Source: Methylomonas defluvii
GTDB taxonomy: Bacteria > Pseudomonadota > Gammaproteobacteria > Methylococcales > Methylomonadaceae
Assembly (NCBI RefSeq): GCF_033949435.1
Contig: NZ_JAXARY010000002.1
Span: 257,119 to 297,118, forward strand
Length of the DNA: 40,000 nucleotides
Direction of reading: 5' to 3'
A program made the translations under genes and the position numbers. This document shows positions 1 through 7,813 of this stretch, piece by piece (position 1 is the stretch's first letter; every line of letters begins with the position of its first letter). The notes under the pieces are model-generated. The model did no database searches and was not told where the DNA came from. It saw only the letters and a program-made list of their open reading frames with translations.

Positions 1-2
1 CA

Positions 3-113
3 GAAGCGAAAGGCTTGCGTGATGCAATGGAGTTTTCGACTAAGAAACCCTGGGTTAGGCATGATGAACATTATCACGTCGACTTCAGTGTTCCATGCCA
101 CCCTCTACGCTAA
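3..113 (+). CDS. Possible 3' end of a CDS entering from upstream (partial)
   Basis: Frame 3 is open from the window edge to TAA at 111-113. It translates EAKGLRDAMEFSTKKPWVRHDEHYHVDFSVPCHPLR. The HDEHYHVDF ending resembles the terminal H-x-H metal site of LAS-type cell-wall metallopeptidases. The fragment is too short to be sure. Confidence 0.25.
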   Translation, partial: EAKGLRDAMEFSTKKPWVRHDEHYHVDFSVPCHPLR

Positions 114-430
114 CTTGTCGCTCAAATGGTAGGCTCACGCATAGCTAATCAGTCTGTTAACTATGCGTTAAATGGCTGGTCTGGAGCTTTCACCTGACAT
201 TGATTTGAAAAGAGCGACAGTCGGCAAATGGCCGCAAGCTGTCTATTTACCATCATGTTCCTAAATACCTAAAATAGCCAGCCAGTCGGTTCTGAGCAAT
301 AGGTTTATATTCCCTCGCATATTATCAACGAGACTGCGCAAACGATACACTCGTGGCTCCAGTAGCCATTCGATTCAGTCTGTGAGCGGATGCAATTTTC
401 CAAATTGACTGATTTTCTGGATAGATAGGC

Positions 431-1678
431 CTACTTTTTAATAACTTGATTTTCATTTAAAATACAACTCCAGAATTGATCATCGCGATTAGTTTTATTA
501 GGCTCCAAGTTATTAAGTATATCTGTTAAGTTTATTTTTTGATTTATATCGCTTTCAGCGCCTTTTATTTGTTTGTCTCGCGCAATGATGGCTTCAATTA
601 ATTTCTTTCCCAGTGACTCCCAATGATCTGTATCCGCATTGATAAAAGCCTGGTATTGTTCTTTAGATTTTTCCTTTTGCTTTTTTCCTGGCCTGCCCTT
701 TAATTTTAAATTTGTCGGACACACTCTGTTCAACCAGTCGATTATTAACTCTATTTTACGTTCCTTGAGTTCATGCCATTCCGCTTTACGGTGTTTATAG
801 TATTCTAATTTCTCATCATAGCCTCCCTCGTCATCTTCAAACTTGCAATCCCTAATTAAAAAAAATACTGCATACTCACACAAATCTTTTGGATATATAT
901 CTGGATAGCGTTGCCAGATCATTCTTCCTAAATATGCAGTAGCGGCCATACGATAGTTATCGATTTCATATGCTTTTTTTCTTGGTATTGACAGTTGAGA
1001 AATCTCTTCCTGTAAACAGTTTTCCTCTTCTTGTTCTTGTTCTTGTTCTTGTTCCGGTACCGGTACCAGTTCCAGTTCCAGTTCCAGTTCCGGTTCCGGT
1101 TCCGGTTCCAGGTCCTGTTCTCGATATCTGTTATACATTGAAACCTTGGGAATCGAACGAATTAATTTCGCTGCAAAATCTCGAGTCATAACAATATTTC
1201 TGATATTATCTAGCGCAATAGTAATTTCATCATCCTCGACTATTTCACAAATATCTACGTATATTGGATCATAGTCGGTTTCGCTAGAAAAAACTGGCCA
1301 AAGATTATATCTAAGAATATCTTTTTTACTTGGGTATCTAAAACTTTTTAGCAGTGAAGCCCCCCTTTTCGTCAGGTCAATTAAACATCTATTGGATACA
1401 GGTAGGTATCCGCTGACTCTGATCCAACCAATGATATTATTACCCTCTAATTCCTTATACCGTAACCTTATATTGATTGGCTTTACGTTATAGTAAAACA
1501 CGTAGGACTCTAGTGATTGAGTAGGCTCATTTAAACAAACTATATTCCTTGACACTATTTCATCGATTTCTAGCAATCTTTGACTTCTTTTGTTTATCAA
1601 GTTTTGAATAGTTTCGAAACCTACCAATTCGTTATTCGTCGAGATTTTTTTTTGTTTCTTGTTTTTAATAGTCGTCAT
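431..1678 (-). CDS. Hypothetical protein (415 aa), two domains joined by an acidic EP/EL/VP/EQ dipeptide-repeat linker; no family recognised
   Basis: This is a long uninterrupted ORF in a clearly AT-rich segment, on the opposite strand to the neighbouring island genes. The only competing ORF (970-1191, +) is the mirror image of the repeat tract. Confidence 0.7.
   Translation of the reverse strand: MTTIKNKKQKKISTNNELVGFETIQNLINKRSQRLLEIDEIVSRNIVCLNEPTQSLESYVFYYNVKPINIRLRYKELEGNNIIGWIRVSGYLPVSNRCLIDLTKRGASLLKSFRYPSKKDILRYNLWPVFSSETDYDPIYVDICEIVEDDEITIALDNIRNIVMTRDFAAKLIRSIPKVSMYNRYREQDLEPEPEPELELELELVPVPEQEQEQEQEEENCLQEEISQLSIPRKKAYEIDNYRMAATAYLGRMIWQRYPDIYPKDLCEYAVFFLIRDCKFEDDEGGYDEKLEYYKHRKAEWHELKERKIELIIDWLNRVCPTNLKLKGRPGKKQKEKSKEQYQAFINADTDHWESLGKKLIEAIIARDKQIKGAESDINQKINLTDILNNLEPNKTNRDDQFWSCILNENQVIKK
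1031..1120. repeat. In-frame hexanucleotide tandem array: (TTGTTC)4 (CGGTAC)2 (CAGTTC)4 (CGGTTC)3 CAGGTC CTGTTC
   Basis: Read directly from the sequence: 15 consecutive 6-nt units. On the coding (-) strand they encode EPEPEPELELELELVPVPEQEQEQEQ inside the 415-aa ORF. Confidence 0.95.
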
Positions 1679-1978
1679 TAATCATACTCTTACTAATTGT
1701 TCAAACCTGAAAAACTACCAGCTGATTTTAGTACGATTTACGGATGCAGCCGCAGAAAGCTTAGGTTGGGATAAGTCATTGAATATGTTATACTATATCA
1801 ACAGCGATCCATTTGTTTCGGTCGCTGTTCACACCCTCCGCCCCTCGACGCTTCCATAACATGACTACTATTTTTCATCGGGTTTGATCATCCGCTGCGC
1901 GTTCGTGCGCCTGTCGTTTTGTGTGGGTTAGTCTGAGGTCCGGCGGGATTTTTTTTACTTCATAACAGGAGACATCTG

Positions 1979-2248
1979 ATGTCAATTACCACCCTTGATC
2001 ATGTCAGTCCGTCGCTACAGGTGTTAGCCGACGGTTTAAAAACCGCTTGCCGGGACTACACGCAGACAGTGCAACAGCCCGCGTCTTATGCACTTACCTT
2101 GGAACTGGGCCATACCGTGCGCTATTTAGCCCGCTGTGTCACGCTGGTGTTATGTGCGGCACTGGGTGAGCACGATCCGGATTTAGACGAGTTGGACAAT
2201 CTGAGTCTGACTGACCTCAGCGGTGAAGACGATGACGAACAGGAATAG
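1979..2248 (+). CDS. Hypothetical small acidic protein (89 aa)
   Basis: AGGAGA sits 6 nt upstream of the ATG. It is the first gene of a same-strand GC-rich run of island ORFs. Confidence 0.55.
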   Translation: MSITTLDHVSPSLQVLADGLKTACRDYTQTVQQPASYALTLELGHTVRYLARCVTLVLCAALGEHDPDLDELDNLSLTDLSGEDDDEQE

Positions 2249-2343
2249 GTGCAATCGCATCGGCCAAATGGCGTTCTTGGCCTTGATGCGGCTTACTTTA
2301 AGAGTTAGCCTGTTTTTTCGGTTCGCCTTCGGAGGACTCGGTC

Positions 2344-2694
2344 ATGTCCAGTGATGCCGAGCACGAAGGCACTGTAGTCCAACCGTGTCTGCCGCAGCCG
2401 CGATTCGAGTCTGGGGAGTTAGTGGCGACGCCGGGTGCTTTGGATGTACTGGAACGCTTAGGCATAAGCCCGTTCGATTTACTGCGCCGTCATGTTCGCG
2501 GCGATTGGGGCGATGTCTGTGCCGAGGATGCCAAGGCCAATGAGGACGCCTTACGCAGCGGCTCACGACTACTGTCAGCCTATTACATTCCCACCCCAGC
2601 AGCGAATAGCCCTGCAACGGGGTCAGTCAAGCTCTGGTTGATAAGCGAGGCAGACCGTAGCGTGACCACCATTCTGTTGCCCGAGGAGTATTGA
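2344..2694 (+). CDS. Conserved plasmid/ICE-associated small protein (116 aa), function unknown
   Basis: A GGAGGA Shine-Dalgarno (SD) lies upstream. The core RHVRGDWGDVCAEDAKANEDALRSGSRLLSAYY...WLISEADRSVTTILLPEEY matches a family I recall on plasmids and ICEs, often mis-annotated as a restriction M subunit. This is from memory and was not searched. Confidence 0.7.
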   Translation: MSSDAEHEGTVVQPCLPQPRFESGELVATPGALDVLERLGISPFDLLRRHVRGDWGDVCAEDAKANEDALRSGSRLLSAYYIPTPAANSPATGSVKLWLISEADRSVTTILLPEEY

Positions 2695-2770
2695 ACAACA
2701 TCTGGCTGTTCGTTTTCACTTCCTATTTTTAAATACTGATTGATTTCGTTAATACTTTGGAGAACTTCTC

Positions 2771-3400
2771 ATGACGCAAAAAACTACCCAACCCGCATTA
2801 GATTCTAATACCCCCGCTAAAACCGCTGCTGAGACTGGCCCAACCGATAGTGCAAGTACAGGTACGGCGACTGCGAAAGGCGCGACGACCACTGCCGGTA
2901 AAACTGCGTCGGTCAAACCTGCGAAAAATCAACCGTTGGCAGAGCAAGTCAAGGCGTCGGCTGTGGCTGGCGATGACCTCACTAGCCAAGATAACGACGC
3001 TGGCGTTGGCGTTGGTGCTGGCACGGATGCTGATGCTAATGGTGACGGTGATACTGAGAGTGGTACCGATAATGGTGTCCTTGACGGTGATGGTGATGGT
3101 GATACTGATCAGGCTGAAGTTGACGGTGCGGGTGTTAGTGCCCATGCAACGATTGCCGCAGATGCCGATGCAGATGCCAACATTGGCCGCACACGTGCAC
3201 CGGTAGGCAAAAGCACCGGCAAAACCGCTGACCTTAAGGGTGAGCTTTCGCCGGAAATCGTGGAACTGGTGACGGAGTTGCGCGATACGGTCAAGCAACT
3301 TGCCCCGAATCGGCATACGCCTAAGACCTTGAAACGGGCTTTGTCTAATGTCGCCGCGATTCTGCAGGACATCGACAGCCTCTATCAACAGGCCGAATAA
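2771..3400 (+). CDS. Low-complexity T/A/G/D-rich protein (209 aa) with an ordered C-terminal ~60 aa
   Basis: GGAGAA sits 6 nt upstream of the ATG. It is on the same strand and spacing as its neighbours. The antisense ORFs 2798-3388 and 3109-3372 are mirror artefacts of the repetitive GAT/GGT/GCT codons. Confidence 0.6.
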   Translation: MTQKTTQPALDSNTPAKTAAETGPTDSASTGTATAKGATTTAGKTASVKPAKNQPLAEQVKASAVAGDDLTSQDNDAGVGVGAGTDADANGDGDTESGTDNGVLDGDGDGDTDQAEVDGAGVSAHATIAADADADANIGRTRAPVGKSTGKTADLKGELSPEIVELVTELRDTVKQLAPNRHTPKTLKRALSNVAAILQDIDSLYQQAE

Positions 3401-3536
3401 CCGCTATTCGCCGTGACAAGCGCTTGTCAGTTTTACTAGTTCTGAACTGACGAATTTTTTCTTACCCTCGACGTGACTTTTCCGAATGGGCTTCACCGCT
3501 CAGGCTAAGTCACGCCTGTTGATCGGAGAACACATC

Positions 3537-4031
3537 ATGAATAACCCTTTTCAAGTACACGAACTGCCTGGCCATTTTCTGATACTACGACCCGTTACCG
3601 AAGCGGAAATAGTGGCGATGGCCAAGCATTTAATCGCGCAGCAGTTCATCCGTGGTCAGGCCTTAACCTCCCCTGACGATGCGCGCGAGTTTCTAATGCT
3701 GGAATTAGCCCACTTAGAGCATGAGGTGTTCTATTGCATTTTCCTCGATAACCAACACCGCATTATTGAGGCTGAGGCCTGTTTCCAGGGCACGATAGAT
3801 TGTGCCAATGTCTACCCGCGTGAACTGGTGAAACGGACCTTGCAATTGAATGCCCGCGCGGTGATTTTGGCGCATAACCATCCCTCGGGATTAGCGGAAC
3901 CCAGCGAAGCCGACCGTGCGATTACGCGTAAGTTAATCGATGCCCTCAATCTGGTCGAGGTCCGCGTGCTGGACCATTTCATTATTGCCGGCATCGAGCA
4001 ATTTTCCTTTGCCGAAAGAGGCTTGTTATGA
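3537..4031 (+). CDS. radC: RadC-like JAB/MPN-domain protein
   Basis: It has the JAB metal motif HNHPSG...PSEADRAIT and the C-terminal DHFII pattern. I prefer the start at 3537 (GGAGAA 6 nt upstream) over the track start at 3486. Confidence 0.85.
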   Translation: MNNPFQVHELPGHFLILRPVTEAEIVAMAKHLIAQQFIRGQALTSPDDAREFLMLELAHLEHEVFYCIFLDNQHRIIEAEACFQGTIDCANVYPRELVKRTLQLNARAVILAHNHPSGLAEPSEADRAITRKLIDALNLVEVRVLDHFIIAGIEQFSFAERGLL

Positions 4032-4543
4032 GCGGGAATGCACTATTGGCCGACAGAAAGTTTCGCAGTGTGGTGTTGACCCACTTGACCTGTATCCGCT
4101 TGCCATGGATCGGCGTGAACACCCGTGTTGGTAACAGCCGTGCCGGCAACCCTGAACCAGTCGCCAATTGGCGCCAAACCTTACCCGTAAACCCACGATG
4201 GGGCTTACGGCGTCTGTTGCCGTCATACCTTCGGAAAGCTACACATCATTTAGGCATGTTAATGTGCATTAACATGCCCATGCGGGCATTTATGATCACG
4301 GATGTAGCGATGAATGCGGACATTAGCGACGTGAGCGACATGGCTGTTGCGGACCGGATCGACTTCACTAACATCGGTGTCGTTGATGTCCTTATCAACA
4401 TCTGTTGTGTCGTCGATTTTCTTGGTACCGTTGCGCCCTTTTTTGCCCCTGATGTCCTCAGTGATGTTGATGCCCTTAATGTCATCAACGACATCAATGT
4501 GATTCATCGAGGCGCGGTAGATCACGAGGAGGCTGCGGCATGA
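4028..4543 (+). CDS. Hypothetical protein (171 aa), D/V/I/N-rich C-terminal half
   Basis: ATGA start/stop overlaps occur at both ends (with the radC stop at 4029-4031 and the integrase ATG at 4540), which suggests translational coupling. The composition is odd and competing minus-strand ORFs exist (4259-4627, 4246-4497). Confidence 0.4.
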   Translation: MSGNALLADRKFRSVVLTHLTCIRLPWIGVNTRVGNSRAGNPEPVANWRQTLPVNPRWGLRRLLPSYLRKATHHLGMLMCINMPMRAFMITDVAMNADISDVSDMAVADRIDFTNIGVVDVLINICCVVDFLGTVAPFFAPDVLSDVDALNVINDINVIHRGAVDHEEAAA

Positions 4544-5526
4544 CCAACGACTCGTCATTACCCCTGACACATGATCATGCAGTCTCCAGTCGTGTCGCGC
4601 TGATGGTGTATCTCGATAATCTGGCACCCAGCGGGCGACGTTCGATGCGGTCCTTGTTACAACGCGCGGGTGGATTGCTGACTTGGTCAGGGACGGTGGA
4701 GGACATGCCCTGGCTGTCGTTACGTTTTCAGCAGCTGATGCAGTTACGGTCGGCGCTACGCCAAGCAGAGTTGTCGATCAATACCGTGAATACCTGCCTG
4801 GCGGCGATACGCGGGGTGTTGAAAGCCGGCTTTCTGCTGGGCCACTATCCGGCGGAGGACTGGCAACGGATTCAGGCGCTAAACAGTGTGCGCGGTAAAG
4901 TGTTGCCAGCCGGTCGCCAGTTGGCGACACGGGAAGTCCACCGGCTATTAGCTATTTGTGAACAAGACAAAGCCGCTCTGCTCGGCCAACGCGATGCGGC
5001 GATCCTGGCCTTGTTGGTGTTTGCCGGCCTGCGGCGCAGTGAAGTCGCTAGTCTCCGTGTCAACGATTATACGCCCCGCAACGGCTTGCTGCTAATTCGT
5101 GAAGGTAAAGGTCAGAAGCCGCGTGAATTGCAGTTGCCTGCCCAGGCCAGGCAGGCTTTAAAGCGCTGGTTGCATCAACGCGGCTGTGTGCCGGGGCCGT
5201 TGTTTTGCCAATTGGCGAAAACCCAGCGCAGTTCTGATCAAGATCCTATCCAGCGAAACCGAAGCCGTCAGGGTTGTTTACCGACCGAGCCGATCAACGC
5301 CCACCAAGTGTATGCGCTGCTCAGGCGGCGTTGTCGGCAGGCGAAGCTGAAGCCTTGCACACCACACGATTTACGTCGCACGTTTATCAGCAAGCTGTTG
5401 GAACAAGGCGTGGACTTTAACACCACCCGGCAATTGGCCGGCCATGAGCACATGCAAACCACGGCCTTGTATGATCGCCGCACAGTGAAAACGCAACGAC
5501 AAGCCATGGCGAATTTTCGGTTGTGA
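4540..5526 (+). CDS. Tyrosine recombinase/integrase (XerC/D-like), integrase 1
   Basis: Catalytic signatures are present: AGLRRSEV (Arg I), HDLRRTF (His-x-x-Arg) and GHEHMQTTALY (His...Tyr). Confidence 0.9.
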   Translation: MTNDSSLPLTHDHAVSSRVALMVYLDNLAPSGRRSMRSLLQRAGGLLTWSGTVEDMPWLSLRFQQLMQLRSALRQAELSINTVNTCLAAIRGVLKAGFLLGHYPAEDWQRIQALNSVRGKVLPAGRQLATREVHRLLAICEQDKAALLGQRDAAILALLVFAGLRRSEVASLRVNDYTPRNGLLLIREGKGQKPRELQLPAQARQALKRWLHQRGCVPGPLFCQLAKTQRSSDQDPIQRNRSRQGCLPTEPINAHQVYALLRRRCRQAKLKPCTPHDLRRTFISKLLEQGVDFNTTRQLAGHEHMQTTALYDRRTVKTQRQAMANFRL

Positions 5527-5768
5527 CCCAGCTGGGCGATGGCGGCGTTTCAGTTGTAACAAGCGACCAGCACGAAAACTAATAGCACGTTTCAACACGC
5601 TAGCAGCAAATTGCTAACAGCACACTGCTGATGTGCACGCTGTCAATCAACGTCATTCAGAAACTGTAAATCAATCAACGACACCGGCAGCCGCGCCCAA
5701 TTTGGGCGGGATGCTGTGCACGTTTAATTCACACCACCAAGTTATCCACTTTATCCGGAGGATTATTT

Positions 5769-6185
5769 ATGCCTGTACAAATTGAACACATCGATGCCAT
5801 TGCCCGCCAAAAACAACGGGCGGTGTTGTATCTGGAATTTCATCCGCAATCGGCCTTCGCAGACTCGTCTGTTTACGATTATGAAGCCGATAACAAACGC
5901 CAAGCATTTTTAGGCTGGCTGCAACAACACGGCATCGCCTGGCAGCCTAGCGCGCCGATAGCCTCAGGTTGTGGTTTCGGCGCCTATCTCGGCCAGATCT
6001 ATATCGATTTGCCGATGGACGATGACGATCCACTGTATTGCCGTTTACGTGATCACTTGGAATATCCCGATGGTTCGATGCGCGATCCTAACCAACGTTT
6101 TTTCTATCTGCCGTTGGACATCGCTATGCGGAATGCTCATCACGACGAGCCGGGATTTTGGGACACATGGGCCAAGGATTTTTAG
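5769..6185 (+). CDS. Hypothetical protein (138 aa)
   Basis: GGAGGA sits 6 nt upstream of the ATG. The ORF has ordinary composition. No family was recognised. Confidence 0.6.
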   Translation: MPVQIEHIDAIARQKQRAVLYLEFHPQSAFADSSVYDYEADNKRQAFLGWLQQHGIAWQPSAPIASGCGFGAYLGQIYIDLPMDDDDPLYCRLRDHLEYPDGSMRDPNQRFFYLPLDIAMRNAHHDEPGFWDTWAKDF

Positions 6186-6458
6186 TCACGTTGCAGGTCA
6201 TGCCGTCGCGATTTTTCCGACAAAGTTCATGCAGAAAACCATTTTGCAAAGATAACAAAGTGAGCAATACCGATGCCGTTTTTTCAAATTATTTTTTAAC
6301 CAAAAAGGACACCCAAAAATAACGATTACTACGCAGTGAAAAATGCGCGAATTTTTTTGCAAAAAAACACACTGCAAAAAACACCGCAAAAACGCGGGAA
6401 AAACCGCGATTTTCAAAACTGTAAATGAGTTGCACCTCAACAAACCGTGGTGCCAATC

Positions 6459-6833
6459 ATGTCCGAACAAACCCATTCACAACTGCCATTTGTACCGAGA
6501 TTTATCCGCATTCGCGATGCGCCGTTTTATCTCGGCATGGACAAAAACCGCTTTAACGCAGAGGTCAGACCGGCGCTCACCGAAATCAAAATCGGTACGC
6601 AAGGTATTGCCTTTGATCGCAACGAACTTGATGCCTGGGCCGACGATTACGTGCGTCGTGTCGGTACGCCGGGTAACCAAAAACTGGAGAAAGAAACATG
6701 GCAAAGAAAATCCCTGGCCTCGTCAAACGGGGCGACTGCTGGCACATCGACAAAGTCATCAAAGGCAAACGCATTTGCGAAAGCACTGGCACAGGCGACC
6801 TCGAAGAAGCCCAAAGGTATCTCGCCCGCATAA
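6459..6833 (+). CDS. AlpA/excisionase-like DNA-binding protein
   Basis: The segment FIRIRDAPFYLGMDKNRFNAEVRPALTEIKIGTQGIAFDRNELDAWADDYV has the pattern of small winged-helix excisionase/AlpA regulators, and it lies immediately upstream of an integrase. Its 3' end overlaps the integrase start by 136 nt. Confidence 0.55.
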   Translation: MSEQTHSQLPFVPRFIRIRDAPFYLGMDKNRFNAEVRPALTEIKIGTQGIAFDRNELDAWADDYVRRVGTPGNQKLEKETWQRKSLASSNGATAGTSTKSSKANAFAKALAQATSKKPKGISPA

Positions 6834-7756
6834 TGGAAAGGCATCGTCAAGCCACTGTGTATGGTGTGCGGCCTAAACGCATTTTTCAGGAAGCCGCGAC
6901 AAAATATCTAATGGAGTCGCAGAAGGCGAGTCTTAAGGATGCTGCCTTGCATCTCAAATTGTTGGATGACTATATTGGCGAATTGGCCTTGGAATCGATC
7001 CACATGGGCACCTTGCAAGCCTACATTCAAGATCGCAAAGCACAGGGCGTTAAAAACCGCACCATCAACTATGCCTTGCAATCGGTTCGGCACATCCTGA
7101 ATCTGGCGGCTATGGAATGGATAGACGAATTTGGGCTGACCTGGTTAGCGACCGCGCCTAAAATAAAGTTGTTGCCGCAACTGGATGCGCGTAAGCCAAG
7201 TCCATTAAGTTGGGAGCAACAGGAAAGGTTGTTTGGCGAATTACCCGAGCACTTGGCTAAGATGGCTTTGTTCAAGGTCAACACCGGCTGCCGGGAACAG
7301 GAAGTGTGCTCCTTGCGCTGGGAATGGGAGGAGTTTATCCCCCAGTTGAACGCCAGTGTGTTTACCATTCCAGCGCATGCTGTCAAAAACCGCATGCCGC
7401 GGGTAGTCGTCTTAAATAGCGTGGCAAGAAGTGTTATCGAACAAGTGCGCGGACAGCACCCTGAATATGTGTTTACTTACAAAGGTCATCGCGTCGGGAC
7501 GATGAATAACTCGGGCTGGCAAAAGGCACGGAAACGCGTGGGTTTGCAACAGGTCAGAATTCACGACCTAAAGCACACCTTCGGGCGACGTTTAAGGGCG
7601 GCGAATGTATCGTTTGAAGACCGGCAGGATTTGTTGGGTCATAAATCCAGCCGTATCACCGATCACTATTCGTCGGCAGAACTAGCCAACTTGATCGCGG
7701 CGGCGGAAAAAGTCTGCATAACCAAGTCACGCAAAATTCACGCAACGGAAAATTAA
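6698..7756 (+). CDS. int: Tyrosine integrase (phage-type), integrase 2, adjacent to tRNA-Thr
   Basis: GGAGAA sits 6 nt upstream. Signatures are TGCREQEVCSLRW (Arg I), HDLKHTFGRR (box II, with Lys where Arg is usual) and LLGHKSSRITDHYS (His...Tyr). Confidence 0.9.
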   Translation: MAKKIPGLVKRGDCWHIDKVIKGKRICESTGTGDLEEAQRYLARIMERHRQATVYGVRPKRIFQEAATKYLMESQKASLKDAALHLKLLDDYIGELALESIHMGTLQAYIQDRKAQGVKNRTINYALQSVRHILNLAAMEWIDEFGLTWLATAPKIKLLPQLDARKPSPLSWEQQERLFGELPEHLAKMALFKVNTGCREQEVCSLRWEWEEFIPQLNASVFTIPAHAVKNRMPRVVVLNSVARSVIEQVRGQHPEYVFTYKGHRVGTMNNSGWQKARKRVGLQQVRIHDLKHTFGRRLRAANVSFEDRQDLLGHKSSRITDHYSSAELANLIAAAEKVCITKSRKIHATEN

Positions 7757-7767
7757 AGGCAATAAAA

Positions 7768-7804
7768 AAGGGAATCAATGATGTTGTATGTCATTGATTC
7801 CCTT
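7768..7804. terminator. Perfect 14-bp stem hairpin between the integrase and the tRNA 3' end
   Basis: AAGGGAATCAATGA (7768-7781), a 9-nt loop, then TCATTGATTCCCTT (7791-7804). A/T-rich sequence flanks both sides. Confidence 0.6.
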
Positions 7805-7813
7805 AATTAAATA

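Larger units (their letters stand above)
1..7813. mobile_element. Right-hand part of a tRNA-Thr-associated genomic island (the window starts inside it); probably two tandem integrative modules, each with its own tyrosine integrase
   Basis: There are two tyrosine-recombinase genes (4540-5526, 6698-7756). The second ends 58 nt from the 3' end of tRNA-Thr. The region also has an excisionase-like gene, a RadC-like JAB gene and small ORFs typical of integrative/conjugative elements. An AT-rich patch at 431-1800 contrasts with GC-rich 1860-5600. The left boundary is outside the window. Confidence 0.6.

Noticed and set aside
2798-3388. 196-aa and 87-aa minus-strand ORFs, plus a 118-aa plus-strand ORF, overlapping the low-complexity gene
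   Set aside because: These are mirror or shifted frames of a codon-repeat region. The plus-strand 209-aa frame has the SD and fits the operon spacing.
5527-5545. AGCTGGGCGATGG immediately after the integrase 1 stop resembles the tRNA-Thr 3' end (AGCTGGCGATGG at 7817-7828). It could be an internal att remnant between the two island modules.
   Set aside because: It is only a ~12-nt match that needs an indel, and similarity does not continue into the T-arm. That is too short to distinguish from chance without genome-wide comparison.
6343-6876. 177-aa K/R/H-rich ORF spanning the A-tract region and the excisionase-like gene in another frame
   Set aside because: The composition is driven by poly-A runs (AAA/AAG codons) and there is no SD. 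It overlaps two better-supported genes.
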